Notes: generated by a model not told the origin, from the sequence alone. Shown: positions 10,401 to 22,199, counted from the first letter of the stretch. The stretch is DNA of 64,000 nucleotides from Dendrobates tinctorius (GCF_039654945.1 NW_027361868.1:11842001-11906000), one strand, 5' to 3'. Numbers and translations are program-made.

Positions 10401-13400
10401 GGACGGTGTAAAACGCTTATCTTACGCTCAGCTGATTTACAGTGGGGAAAAAAAGTATTTAGTCAGTCAGCAATAGTGCAAGTTCCACCACTTAAAAAGA
10501 TGAGAGGCGTCTGTAATTTACATCATAGGTAGACCTCAACTATGGGAGACAAACTGAGAAAAAAAAATCCAGAAAATCACATTGTCTGTTTTTTTTTTCA
10601 TTTTATTTGCATATTATGGTGGAAAATAAGTATTTGGTCAGAAACAAGCAATCAAGATTTCTGGCTCTCACAGACCTGTAACTTCTTCTTTAAGAGTCTC
10701 CTCTTTCCTCCACTCATTACCTGTAGTAATGGCACCTGTTTAAACTTGTTATCAGTATAAAAAGACACCTGTGCACACCCTCAAACAGTCTGACTCCAAA
10801 CTCCACTATGGTGAAGACCAAAGAGCTGTCAAAGGACACCAGAAACAAAATTGTAGCCCTGCACCAGGCTGGGAAGACTGAATCTGCAATAGCCAACCAG
10901 CTTGGAGTGAAGAAATCAACTGTGGGAGCAATAATTAGAAAATGGAAGACATACAAGACCACTGATAATCTCCCTCGATCTGGTGCTCCACGCAAAAACC
11001 CACCCCGTGGGGTCAGAATGATCACAAGAACGGTGAGCAAAAATCCCAGAACCACGCGGGGGGACCTAGTGAATGAACTGCAGAGAGCTGGGACCAATGT
11101 AACAAGGCCTACCATAAGTAACACACTACGCCACCATGGACTCAGATCCTGCAGTGCCAGACGTGTCCCACTGCTTAAGCCTGTACATGTCCGGGCTCGT
11201 CTGAAGTTTGCTAGAGAGCATTTGGATGATCCAGAAAAGTTTTGGGAGAATGTCCTATGGTCTGATGAAACCAAACTGGAACTGTTTGGTAGAAACACAA
11301 CTTGTCGTGTTTGGAGGAAAAAGAATACTGAGTTGCATCCATCAAACACCATACCTACTGTAAAGCATGGTGGTGGAAACATCATGCTTTGGGGCTGTTT
11401 CTCTGCAAAGGGGCCAGGACGACTGATCCGGGTACATGAAAGAATGAATGGGGCCATGTATCGTGAGATTTTGAGTGCAAACCTCCTTCCATCAGCAAGG
11501 GCATTGAAGATGAAACGTGGCTGGGTCTTTCAACATGACAATGATCCAAAGCACAACGCCAGGGCAACGAAGGAGTGGCTTCGTAAGAAGCATTTCAAGG
11601 TCCTGGAGTGGCCTAGCCAGTCTCCAGATCTCAACCCTATAGAAAACCTTTGGAGGGAGTTGAAAGTCCGTGTTGCCAAGCGAAAAGCCAAAAACATCAC
11701 TGCTCTAGAGGAGATCTGCATGGAGGAATGGGCCAACATACCAACAACAGTGTGTGGCAACCTTGTGAAGACTTACAGAAAACGTTTGACCTCTGTCATT
11801 GCCAACAAAGGATATATCACAAAGTATTGAGATGAAATTTTGTTTCTGACCAAATACTTATTTTCCACCATAATATGCAAATAAAATGAAAAAAAAAAAC
11901 AGACAATGTGATTTTCTGGATTTTTTTTTTCTCAGTTTGTCTCCCATAGTTGAGGTCTACCTATGATGTAAATTACAGACGCCTCTCATCTTTTTAAGTG
12001 GTGGAACTTGCACTATTGCTGACTGACTAAATACTTTTTTTCCCCACTGTATGTCCATAAATTTCAGCTCCATAAAATCAGCTGAGTGGAGCTCAGAAGA
12101 AAAAAGGTAACAGTTATAAAAAGTGAAAAGGAGCTCACCGACAGATACTCTGTTAACTCAGTGGTCCATATCCTTTAAAATGTACCAGTCATTTCACCAC
12201 ATAGGATCATGTTTTACTACAGCATCTGTTTTTTTTAATGCCTTAATTCTAAGATCGGGACGTGTCCCAATTTGCACATTTTGTAATTTGCCATCCACAA
12301 CAGGAATGCTGTGGATCTCAACAGTTTAACCCTCTAGATTCCACAGTCAATAGCAACAGAATCTCAGCCAATCAGCACTCCATGACGCAAATGTGGCCTG
12401 GCGATGAATTACCAGGACCATCAGGTCCGCCTGATTAGATCCGGACAGAGGGTAATACAGTCAAACATTAATGCTTTTACATCAAATGATCGCTGCTCCA
12501 GGTCCCTTAGGCTACTTTCACACTAGCGTCGGCCGACGTACGTCGCAATGCGTCGTTTTGGCGAAAAAACGCATCCTGCAAAGTTGCCCGCAGGATGCGT
12601 TTTTTCTCCATAGACTTGCATTAGCGTCGCATTGCGACGTATGGCCACACGACGCATCCATCATGCGACGGATGCGTCGTGTTTTGGCGGCCGCGACGCA
12701 CACAAAAATGCTACATGTAACTTTTTTTGTGCGTCGTGTCCGCCATTTTCGACCGCGCATGTGCGGCCGAAACTCCGCCCCCTGCTCCCCGGACATTACA
12801 ATGGGGCAGCGGATGCATTGAAAAACTTTCACAACGCGCGACGGTACGTTGGGACGACGCAGTGCGAAAGTAGCCTTAGTGGGACACATATAAAAAAAAA
12901 AAAAAAGTAACGACTCTTGAATGTAAGACCAAAAAAAAAAAAAAGAAAAAAAAAAAGGGGGGGGGATAAGTAAATCAATAAAGGAGTTATCCGCCTTTGG
13001 AATTTTTTTTTTTTTTTTTTTTTTTTAACTTAAATGCATGTAATTTGAGGCTAAAAATATTTTTTTTTGCAAAATGGATTTCATTAAAGTTGTTCCACCG
13101 TTTGAGATTTACAGGCTTTGTTTCAACTTTGATGCGGTTCGAGATCAGGAATGAGTTGAGATGAGCTAAGAAAAAGACAGATAAAAGAGAGTTACAAACT
13201 CTCCCGTCATTCAATCTGAATGAGCTCACTGATGGATTCTCAGTTCTACAGAAGAGGCTACAGAAGACTAGAACGGTGATTTTTTTTTTTTTTTTTTTTT
13301 TAAATGAAATACATTTAAAATTTTTAAATAAAATCCCCCAAATAATAACTATTATAACAATTAATTGTATTATAATCATCCATCAGGTGTACTCAACTAG

Positions 13401-14776
13401 AAATTAGGAAAATTGAAAATGTTGCGCACTTACCAGCACGTGCTCCCAGTTTTGCATCAGGTAGATGTCAGTCTGATCCAGGACGAGGATCTCTATAGAA
13501 GAGAGAAAATCAAAATCCCTCTTTTTCTCGCCTTCGGTGCCGATGATGGTCCGCAGCCCCAGGGGAGAAGCGATGATGATGTCAGATGAGTAGAATGGAG
13601 AATACAGCCTCATGCTCTTCTGCATGACGGACACTCCTGTTGGATGGAAACCATGAGACTTAGTCTTCTGCTGATATTGAGGCAGAGGACGCTGTGATGA
13701 CATCAGTCCCGGTCCACTGTCAATATCAGAAGAGGGTCTATCACCCTTTAGTGGAACCCCTGCCACCCAATCTTAGGGAGCAGAGGAGTTGTGACGGCAG
13801 CATAGGCCCCGATGAAGGCCACCTGTGTTCACCCTCTGGCCCTATAATGGGCACTAGCCCTTGTACCAGCAGTCATTGCCCCCAATCTTACCTATCCTAA
13901 AGTGATCATCGATGTTCCCAGCGAACATGGCTTCATAGTCCTCGGGCCTTTTCAGATTGGGAGGTCTATGACCGGGGTCAGAGCCAAACTCTTTCTTGAA
14001 TCTCTTCTTGCTGCTCACTTCTATCTTTTCGCCGGACCCCTCTAGGAGGCTGATTAACAGCTGCACCACTCGCAGGGCAGATTCACGGAACGGCAAGACT
14101 ATGAGGACCTGAACAACAGATTAAAGCCGTTGGGTCGGAATAATGACATAAAGCAGCCAATGTGTTATAGGAATCTCCAAGGAAAAAAGGAAGTCCAGCT
14201 CAACGAATAAAATCCAAGATATTCTGTATTCATTTCATTAAAATACAAGTATGGCTGCTATGATCGTCATTGCAGTTTTTACCCTGGCATGGGATGATCG
14301 CACAGGGAGATGCCCAGGAGGTTCTGAACGCGTTTCGAGCGTTATGCGCTCTTAAACTCCTTGAAACGCGTCCAGAACCTCCTGGGCATCTCCCTGTGCG
14401 GTCATCCCATGCCAGGGTAAAAACCGCAATGACGATCATAGCAGCCATACTTGTATTTTAATGAAACGAATAAAGAATATCTTGCATTTCATTCCTTGAG
14501 CTGGACTTCCCTTTTTCCTTGGAGTATTTCAAGACGTCTGGGTGGAGACGTGTCCTTGCTCGGATTTTGCTGCATTATCAGTGACCAAAGGGGTGAGCTG
14601 AATCTAACCTTTTTTTCCCTTTTGCATTATAGGAATCTATATCCAGGCGTTGAAAATAAGAAACCGAAGCGTCTTATCACCAACGTCGGACATATTAGAT
14701 GGATGTTCTGCAAGGAAATCAAAAGAACAGCAGGGGGTTCCATAACAGCAATATTGAGACATAAAGAATGATTGGA

Positions 14777-14808
<32 letters not shown>

Positions 14809-17800
14809 AAAAAAGGAGTATAACTCTCACCTTGGGTCGGGTGAGACCCTGATCTCGGAGATCATCATCGAGTTCTATCTTCGGATCTTTCGTTCTAGAG
14901 TTGTTGTTGAGCACTTGAGAGTTGGCTTTTAGCACGTGATTGAGAGAGTGGAGACAGTAGACGTGTCTAACCTCTTCCCCCTGAGCGGTTGCCATTCTGG
15001 ATGGATAATATAAGTCTTTGTAAGAGTTCATTATGGTAAACAGTTCTCTCTGTAGGGAGTTGAAGAAGCTCCGCTCGCTCTGGCCTGTGAGAGCCGAGTG
15101 GTTTGCTATGGGCCATGTGGAGTCCAGCGGCTTGTGGAGATAAAGTTTTGTCAAGTCAGTTTCCTTCTCAGATTTTAATGGATGGACCTTTTTAAAGGAC
15201 GACGAAAAGACCAATTGACCCAGTGTTGGCCACTGAAAAGAAAAAAAAAAAAAAAATTTTTAAACTTATTTATATTTGTAAAAATAAGGTGAAAATAAAA
15301 TATATATTTTTTTGCACTTTACTTTTTAGTGCCTTGAACCTGCAATTGTTTGATCACATATACTATATACTGCAGTACCATAATACTGTAGTATATACTG
15401 TACATTGTAGTACCCAAAGTGGAATCGCTACTTGCAGCTGGGACAAGGAATAGTTGGGATGTGTATGTCTGACACGTGGCTCAGATATCACATAAATGCA
15501 GAAGAAAAAAAAACAACTGAACAAATTGGTAATAGTCATCCTCCCGATCGCTAACATCCAACCTCAGCCAATGAGAGATCCAGAGGAGCAAGTGGTAACC
15601 AACACAAAAGGCCCCTTTATCACACCTCAGTTCACCAACATTTTTGCCGAGATCCATCTGATGTGAGATTTACGTGATCACAATGGATTCAGGTTGCACA
15701 TTCAAGACTAGAATTTAAAACAATGATCAAAAGGAATCTAGTGTGCCAACCAACGCTAGGCATGTTCACACTATTACACAGATCTCTTAGACTTCATGAT
15801 GCTGCTGTGTTTACAGGGAACGTGTCATCAGAAAATAACCTATTGTTTAAATCAAGTTGGCATTTTTAAAACTTTATAAACTTTTTACATTTTTAAATTT
15901 TCCATATTAACCCCCCCCATGCCCACGCACACACAATCGTGCAATTTTCAGAGGTCACACACTTCACTTTCACCACATTTTATAAGTGGTCATAAACTTG
16001 TGAATAACTAGTGAAGGAATAAAGTTACTTTAAAACCAAGCACGCCATTGTTTTTCTTGTGAAATTCTCAATAAGTATGATGTGTCACATGACCCTCTTA
16101 CCATTGAAAAAAATAAAGTTGGATCCAAAATGGCCGCCATGGTCACCACCCATCTTGAAAAGTTGGGTGTATCCATATAAATGGCCCACCCTGTACAGTA
16201 AAGGATCCACCATAGGTGATGTCACAGCTCACCTCCTCCCCCTCCTCTACAATGGCTGATAATACCTCTACACAGTGGATAACACAGGATCCAACCATTC
16301 ACAATAGGTGATATCACAGCTCACCTCCTCCCTTCACAGTGACTTTTGGTCTGATTAGAGCATTTCTAGAAAACTCTCCTACACAAGTCAATAATGTCAG
16401 AGCCAGTCTGTTGCTGCCTGTGTCCATGTGGCTGATGTGCAGGCCAGGAAGTAAAAGGCCAATATTAAAATTAGTGGCAAGTATGAAAAGATATAGTAAA
16501 AAACAAAAAAAAAAAATTAAATCACCACTACAAAAATGACTCATGATCATCAAAAAATAAAATGGTTTTACACAACACATTCCCTTAAATATCAGCACAA
16601 AAAAGTTTGAGAGGATATAAAAGCTATTCTGACATAGTTTTTTAATGTAAGTAAACCAGCCTCAACAGGCCTAAGAAATCTATTTAATAGTATATGCGGT
16701 TTGTATTGTGCAATCCGGTGACAGATCCTTTATAGACGGGCTACATGACTCCTGGCTGTGTGAAATAGTAATGTTGGGCTTTACCTTCACGGATGCAGTT
16801 GCTTTAGGGTTGCTTGTGATTTGGGTAATGTTGGCTTCTTCCAGTTCTTGGTCAACATGCTTTTTATATGGATCTTAATAAAAAATAATAACACCAGAGG
16901 AATATTATATATAGTTATTCTTCACTTATACAACAGTCAACTAAAGGAATATTCTCATCTCAGACATTTCTGGCAGATCCTCAGATCTGCAAGTGTGGCC
17001 GCCTCTTCAATCGGCCAGTATGAGGGTCGGGGGGAGATGAGAACCGCATTTATCAGACATTTATGACATATCCTGAGGATGATTTTAACTTTTTATCCCA
17101 AAAGTCTAACGTTAAGGGCAGGATTTCCATATTCAGTGCCAGAGTTAAAGGTGGGATTTTGCCATATATCCAGGGCCGACATCACCATCACACAGTGAAA
17201 CTCTCTCTGGCATCATATAGCTGATAGAAGCGAACATTGCATTTAAAGACAGGTATAATTATATTTTTTTATCTATCATGAAGTGAAATGGAGCTGTGTC
17301 AGTGCACTTGGTTTCTTCCCAAACATACGGACACACCCCAGCGACCTTCCAGCCTGATTTGCAAATGGCTGTCACATCAGAGCCGTACAAAAAAAGGTAT
17401 ATTTATTATTTTTATTGGAGAGCAAGTGACTACACATCCATACCGCTACTTCATACTAATACTGGCTCACTTTAGCTATAGAAATACCTTCAGAATCTAC
17501 GCTGGGCGGTTCTGTAGTCTCAGACTTTTGGCCTTCAGCACCTTCTTCCAAGAAATTAGTCTCTAAACTAAATTTAGACTCGAGTTTACGGTCTGTGAAT
17601 TCCTCTTTGTCTTGCTGGGCCGGATCTCCGGGCTCAATTGGATCTTCATCTTCACCCTGTTGCTCAGCCTCACTGGTTTCATGCTCTGAAACAGTAGAAA
17701 AAAATGTTACTCAGAAGGTAAAAACAAAACACTCACAATATAAATCCTTTTGACTGGAACATCGAGGATTTCTGCTGCTTCAGAAAAGAAAATCCCATTT

Positions 17801-20800
17801 TTAAGGTCATATCTACTTTTTTTTTTAAAAAAAAGCAAGGGAGATGAAATCGCAGGTCATCATTTGGCATATAATTTGCTACCTTCTTGAGCATCATCCT
17901 CCTCTTCAGATTCTTGTTCTTCTTCACTGTCTGCATTAGTGGCCAACTGTTCATTCTCCTGTTCTCCTTCATCATCCTCAACTTCCTCCTCTATTTCATC
18001 ATCATCTTCGTCTTCCTCATCGTCATCAGAAACGTGCTTTAATGAAGCCAGCAGCCGCTGATACACATTGACATTCTCTGGTTCGCTCTCGGTCTCACTA
18101 TCCGAATGTGATTCCTCCTCAGAACTATTGGGCTAGAAAATAAATAAATTTGTCAAGTTATCAAATGGCTTCATGTCTGTTGGAGGAAAAGTCCTAAATG
18201 TGTATCAGATGCAGTGTAGACCGTCCAGACTGAGATCATGATTCAAGGATGCCTGAATTTCGCTTAACTTGCAAATTTGAGTTTCTTAATGCCCTCTGGC
18301 TCATTTCTATAAATTTACATATTTTATTTCCATGTCAGCTTCATTTCCAGTGAAATAAGCTAACCCAATACCTCCCTCCCTTGCTTTAAGGGTTCATTCA
18401 CAAGACAGTATTTCGAGTATGAGTGCCATCTGTTTTTTTTTTTTCACGGATAGCACTCGTACATGATAGTCTATGAGTTTGCTCATATGTTAGATTTTTT
18501 TCCTTGTGCAAAATCACAGAGACATGTACAATATTGATCCAAGTGTTGACAATGCAAGTCTATTAGTTAGGAAGAAAAAAATATATATATATCAATCGGA
18601 CAATATTCAGATGACATCCAGGTGTGGTCCATTTTTCCCTGACTGGAGACGGTGGGAAAACTTACATTAATTTTTTGTCATTAGGAAAAAAATAAATAAA
18701 TAAAAACCTAATGAAACTCGGTCCATTTTTCTTGTGCGAGAAAAATTACTGATGTCTGGATGAGGCCTAAAGCAGATAAATTGAAGTTGCATCCCCCTCC
18801 CTCCTTCTACTGGTAGTTTACATTTGTAGGGGGTTAGAAAGCAAGAAAAGGTTATTGATGGAGTTTGATGAAGACGTGATCTTTCTCTACTGAGATTCCA
18901 ATTTAAATAGTCACATGTGTTGCTGGTACATGTACCTGACCTTTAAAATAAGGGTCCAGGCACCCCTGTTCTCAGACCGTAGGGGTCCCACGCTTGTATT
19001 GCCACTTCCCAATCACACATTTATTCTATATTTAAAGAAGCTTTTTCTTTTTAGAAATGAAAAGAAGGACTTGGGGATCCTAGTTAATGATAAACTTACC
19101 TGGAGCAGCCAGTGCCAGGCAGCGGCTGCCAAGGCAAACAGGATCATGGGGTGCATTAAAAGAGGTCTGGATACACATGATGAGAGCATTATACTGCCTC
19201 TGTACAAATCTCTGGTTAGACCACACATGGAGTACTGTGTACAGCTTTGGGCACCGGTGCTCAGGAAGGATATAATGCAATTAGAGCGGGTACAAAGGAG
19301 GGCAACAAAATTAGTAAAGGGGATGGGGGAACTACAATACCCAGAGAGATTAGCAAAATTAGGATTATTTAGTCTAGAAAAAAGACGACTGAGGGGCGAT
19401 CTAATAACCATGTATAAGTATAAAAGGGGACAATACAAATATCTCTCCGAGGATGTTTATACCAAGGACGGTGAAGGTCACAAGGGGGCATTCTCTGCGT
19501 CTGGAGGAGAAAAGGTTTTTCCACCAACATAGAAGAGGGTTCTTTACTGTTAGGGCAGTGAGAATCTGGAATTCCCTGCCTGAGGAGGCGGTGATGGCGA
19601 ACTCAGTCGAAGGGTTCAAGAGAGGCCTGGATGTCTTCCTGGAGAGTAACAATATTGTATCTTTCAGTTATTGTTAGGTTCTTTAGAAGGACGTAGATCT
19701 GGGGATTTATTCTGACAGAATTTTATAGGCTGAACAGGATGGACTAAAGTCTTTTTTCGGCCTTACTAACTACAGTATGTTACTATGTATGGAATATTTC
19801 TGATGTTTCAGAATCATGGGGGATGCAGCACACATTTTTTTGCCCTCTCCCTTGACCCTGCCACCCAGCCGTACCGAGAAATGCAGGGCAGCACTATTCA
19901 AATGAATGGGATCAGTTATTAATTTCCTGCATTTTAGTCCACCCAGCTGTGCAAGAAAAAAAATTAACAGCGGTCATAGCATTACACCAGCACAGTGCCC
20001 CCTTCTATTTTTTGGGGATCAGTGGGCATTGCAGAGGTCACACCCCATATGGTGATGGCATACTACAGCAATATGGCATCTTCTTAAAAGATACAGAAAC
20101 CACTTTAATCATTTGTGTATACACTGACAATCCCCATTACTGCCACAGCAGCCCGCTCTTTCCTACATTAATATCTGCCTTCTGATGAAGCAAACAGATT
20201 TATCCGAGAAGACAGTAACAGGGCATGTATCCGCTGCAGCCAATGTATTTGTCCTGCGCTGAAATAAAAGTATAAAAACTTTGCAAATAGTTTTGCTGAA
20301 AAAAAACATGACCATTTTGTATCTACAGCTCTCACGCGGACCTATGTCCTTCCATGGTGACAGACTACAAGCAGGCCAAGTGTAGTCTGATCCAGCAGCC
20401 ATACTCCCTTCCATCAGTCGCTGTTAGTCGGGAGGTGCTTTCTGTAACCTGGGGAGCTCAGAAGCTCTAAATATCATCATAGGAACATGGGACGCTCACT
20501 CACCAGCTCCACCACCTGTGTCCTCTCTTCTACACCGGAAACTCTGGAAGAAGAAAACGAGATAAATTACGGATGTTATCCAACTGCTATAAAACAGAAT
20601 TAACATAAGTGACTTAGATTAGGATTCCAACCTTTCCTCAAGAAAAAAAAAACAGAGAAAAATTGTAAAGTGTCAGATAATTATGTAAAGAGTCAAATAA
20701 AACATAAAAAATTAACAACACATTTATTATTTCTAAAAAGTAATAGAACATTTTTATCCCATAAGCTGATGGGATCAGTGATTTCTTTTTAATTATGTTA

Positions 20801-21054
20801 CCCATCATAAAAAAAACAAGATGACTGTATCATCACTCTGTTATTCCTCCTGGAATAATTGGAGCCTAAGGGGTTAATAGCCTTCCAGGGAGCCCCCACC
20901 CCCTACTGGTATAGAACCCAGAATATTGGGTCCCAGTCCTCACTCACTGGTCATAGAAAGGGTGCTGCTCCCCGAACTCCTTCAGGTGTTTCTTCTGCTT
21001 CTTGGTCAGGGAGCTGACACTCTCATCTCTCCGCTGTTTCCTTTTCTTCCCCAT
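7203..21054 (-). CDS. UTP25: UTP25/DIEXF (U3 snoRNA-associated protein 25, digestive organ expansion factor), complete 12-exon CDS, 2295 nt / 764 aa
   Basis: Exons 20948-21054, 20504-20543, 17883-18132, 17488-17685, 16785-16873, 14831-15232, 13892-14108, 13434-13636, 9966-10148, 9705-9817, 8352-8597, 7203-7449 all have GT/AG borders and join in frame with no stop. Recognisable motifs: [18 protein letters not shown], acidic tract, [58 protein letters not shown]. Confidence 0.96.
8352..8597 (-). CDS. UTP25: UTP25 exon 11
   Basis: [36 protein letters not shown]...TERFHFYK; donor GTGAGG. Confidence 0.95.
9705..9817 (-). CDS. UTP25: UTP25 exon 10
   Basis: [25 protein letters not shown]...IDAR; donor GTAAGG. 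Confidence 0.92.
9966..10148 (-). CDS. UTP25: UTP25 exon 9
   Basis: [24 protein letters not shown]...NYSGQ; donor GTAGGT. Confidence 0.94.
10440..12049 (+). mobile_element. Intact Tc1-family DNA transposon (IR/DR type, 1610 bp) in UTP25 intron 8
   Basis: TA|CAGTGGGG...CCCCACTG|TA; ~208-bp near-perfect TIRs (10440-~10647, ~11840-12049) with outer and inner direct repeats AAGTATTT(A/G)GTCA. Confidence 0.97.
10808..11830 (+). CDS. Tc1 transposase, 340 aa, uninterrupted, DD34E
   Basis: Paired-like HTH N-terminus, GAPRK linker, [15 protein letters not shown] and [11 protein letters not shown]; 34 residues counted between the second D and E. Confidence 0.96.
   Translation: MVKTKELSKDTRNKIVALHQAGKTESAIANQLGVKKSTVGAIIRKWKTYKTTDNLPRSGAPRKNPPRGVRMITRTVSKNPRTTRGDLVNELQRAGTNVTRPTISNTLRHHGLRSCSARRVPLLKPVHVRARLKFAREHLDDPEKFWENVLWSDETKLELFGRNTTCRVWRKKNTELHPSNTIPTVKHGGGNIMLWGCFSAKGPGRLIRVHERMNGAMYREILSANLLPSARALKMKRGWVFQHDNDPKHNARATKEWLRKKHFKVLEWPSQSPDLNPIENLWRELKVRVAKRKAKNITALEEICMEEWANIPTTVCGNLVKTYRKRLTSVIANKGYITKY
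12510..12875. mobile_element. PIF/Harbinger-like MITE
   Basis: TTA|GGCTACTTTCACACT ... AGTGCGAAAGTAGCC|TTA (3-bp TTA TSD). Confidence 0.85.
13434..13636 (-). CDS. UTP25: UTP25 exon 8
   Basis: [22 protein letters not shown]...MQNWEHVL; donor GTAAGT. Confidence 0.94.
13892..14108 (-). CDS. UTP25: UTP25 exon 7
   Basis: [15 protein letters not shown]...GNIDDHFRI; donor GTAAGA. Confidence 0.94.
14177..14626. mobile_element. Fold-back retro-insertion (Penelope-like, non-autonomous) with 12-bp TSD in UTP25 intron 6
   Basis: Inverted arms 14175-~14337 and ~14362-14524, both starting at GAAACGCGT; TSD TTATAGGAATCT at 14165-14176 and 14627-14638. Confidence 0.75.
14831..15232 (-). CDS. UTP25: UTP25 exon 6
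   Basis: [11 protein letters not shown]...[13 protein letters not shown]...RDQGLTRPK; donor GTGAGA. Confidence 0.94.
16785..16873 (-). CDS. UTP25: UTP25 exon 5 (89 nt)
   Basis: [13 protein letters not shown]...ASVK; AAG acceptor, donor GTAAAG; phase consistent with neighbours. Confidence 0.87.
17488..17685 (-). CDS. UTP25: UTP25 exon 4
   Basis: tgtttcag acceptor; [21 protein letters not shown]; donor GTATTT. Confidence 0.88.
17883..18132 (-). CDS. UTP25: UTP25 exon 3 (acidic region)
   Basis: ttttctag acceptor; PNSSEEES...YQRLLASLK...EEEDDAQE; donor GTAGCA. Confidence 0.88.
19058..19790 (+). mobile_element. 5'-truncated CR1-clade LINE (ORF2 C-terminus and 3' tail) in UTP25 intron 2
   Basis: [11 protein letters not shown]...[19 protein letters not shown]...[10 protein letters not shown]...[11 protein letters not shown]; frameshift near 19455; short ACTATGT-type tail. 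Confidence 0.92.
20504..20543 (-). CDS. UTP25: UTP25 exon 2 (40 nt)
   Basis: ttcttccag acceptor, GTGAGT donor, restores phase; [13 protein letters not shown]. Confidence 0.88.
20948..21054 (-). CDS. UTP25: UTP25 coding exon 1 (107 nt)
   Basis: ATG at 21054 (GCCATGG); MGKKRKQ...HPFYD; donor GTGAGT. Confidence 0.93.
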
Positions 21055-21233
21055 GGCTGTAAGCGCCACGTGGGTCACCGCGCATGCGTTGTAGGTTTCC
21101 GTCGCTTGCTTGATGACATCAACGAGTTCCCGGAACGCACGTACGGTCACGTGACAAACGTCAGCCGGAAAAGACCGTCAGGACGTGCTTGCCCGTGCGT
21201 CACTAACTTGCGCCCGCCCTCCCTGCTGTCACT
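21055..21233. promoter_or_regulatory. Compact CpG-rich bidirectional promoter and 5' UTRs shared by UTP25 and TBCC
   Basis: 179 bp between divergent ATGs; palindromic motifs CCACGTGG 21066-21073, GCGCATGCG (NRF1-like) 21080-21088, TTCCCGGAA 21127-21135, GTCACGTGAC (E-box) 21146-21155, plus CCGGAA (ETS) 21165-21170. Confidence 0.8.
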
Positions 21234-22199
21234 ATGGAGATGGCTAATTCTGTAGACCGGCCCCGGTTACCCGAGAGGTTACAGCGGAGGGAGGAAGAGA
21301 GGCAGCGGGAGGTGGAGAAGAAGCGGCAAGAGAAGGACGAGCAGGCCGTGCAGGAGGAGAAGAGCGGATTCTTTAACTCCAGCTTCGGCCTGGAGAGAGC
21401 CGCCATTGAGGAGGTGTTGTCCGGGGAGGATGCCGGTGGCGGAGCTGAGGCTCTGGATGAGGTCTCCGGGCGGCTCCAGCGGCTGCAGAAGCTGCTGAAT
21501 GACAGCATGATGTTCCTGCCGTCCTATGACATCCGCCAGGCGCAGGAGCACATCACCCGGCTGCAGGGGGCGCTGGAGGCGCGGAGGCAGCAGCTGCAGC
21601 CCAAGAAGAAATTCGCATTCAAGTCCCGGAAGAAGGAGGCTCCAGCCCGCCCGGCCGCCGCCCCGGTGATACGGGCCAAGGAGACCCCAGCCGAGCCCGC
21701 TGCCCAGTGCGGCCTCCAAGGCCTGAGCGGCCAAGAGCTGTTCATGGAGGCGGAGGAGATCGAGCAGAAGGACGTGCAGCTGAGCCAGCTCCGCGACTGC
21801 ACCGTTACCCTGCCCGGCAGCCCCGCCACCCTGCACGTACGGGAGCTGAGCGGCTGCAAGGTGCTTTGCGGCCCGGTGGTGACCTCCGTGTTTGTGGATA
21901 ACTGCACCAACTGCCTCTTCACCTTCCCGTGCCAACAGCTCCGCACCCACAGCACCAGGGACTGCCACTTCTACCTGCACGTTACCAGCCGCGCCATTAT
22001 CGAGGACTGCAGCGGCCTCCTCTTCGCCCCATTCACTTGGAGTTACCCCAGTATCCAGCAAGACTACGAGCGGGCCGGCCTGGATCAGAACCGCAACAAC
22101 TGGGACCAGGTGGACGACTTCAACTGGTTGGCGATGGACGTCAGGTCTCCAAACTGGAGTATCATCCCCGAGGAGGAGAGGATCACCCACTGGAACTGA
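21234..22199 (+). CDS. TBCC: Tubulin-specific chaperone C (tubulin-folding cofactor C), single exon, 321 aa
   Basis: N-terminal PERLQRREEERQ coiled region, LPSYDIRQAQ, QPKKKFAFKSR, C-CAP/cofactor-C domain with GPVVTSVFVD, CQQLRTH (catalytic Arg position), VTSRAIIEDC, WDQVDDFNWL; intronless as in mammals. Confidence 0.97.
   Translation: MEMANSVDRPRLPERLQRREEERQREVEKKRQEKDEQAVQEEKSGFFNSSFGLERAAIEEVLSGEDAGGGAEALDEVSGRLQRLQKLLNDSMMFLPSYDIRQAQEHITRLQGALEARRQQLQPKKKFAFKSRKKEAPARPAAAPVIRAKETPAEPAAQCGLQGLSGQELFMEAEEIEQKDVQLSQLRDCTVTLPGSPATLHVRELSGCKVLCGPVVTSVFVDNCTNCLFTFPCQQLRTHSTRDCHFYLHVTSRAIIEDCSGLLFAPFTWSYPSIQQDYERAGLDQNRNNWDQVDDFNWLAMDVRSPNWSIIPEEERITHWN

Larger units (their letters stand above)
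10223..12174. mobile_element. Older TTAA-flanked Kolobok/T2-like element hosting the Tc1
   Basis: TTAA|AGGGTACGGACAC ... GTGGTCCATATCCT|TTAA; inverted CTCAGCTGATTT / AAATCAGCTGAG on either side of the Tc1. Confidence 0.55.

Noticed and set aside
10717-11457. 246-aa ORF antisense to the Tc1 transposase
   Set aside because: Antisense shadow of the transposase; no independent domain evidence.
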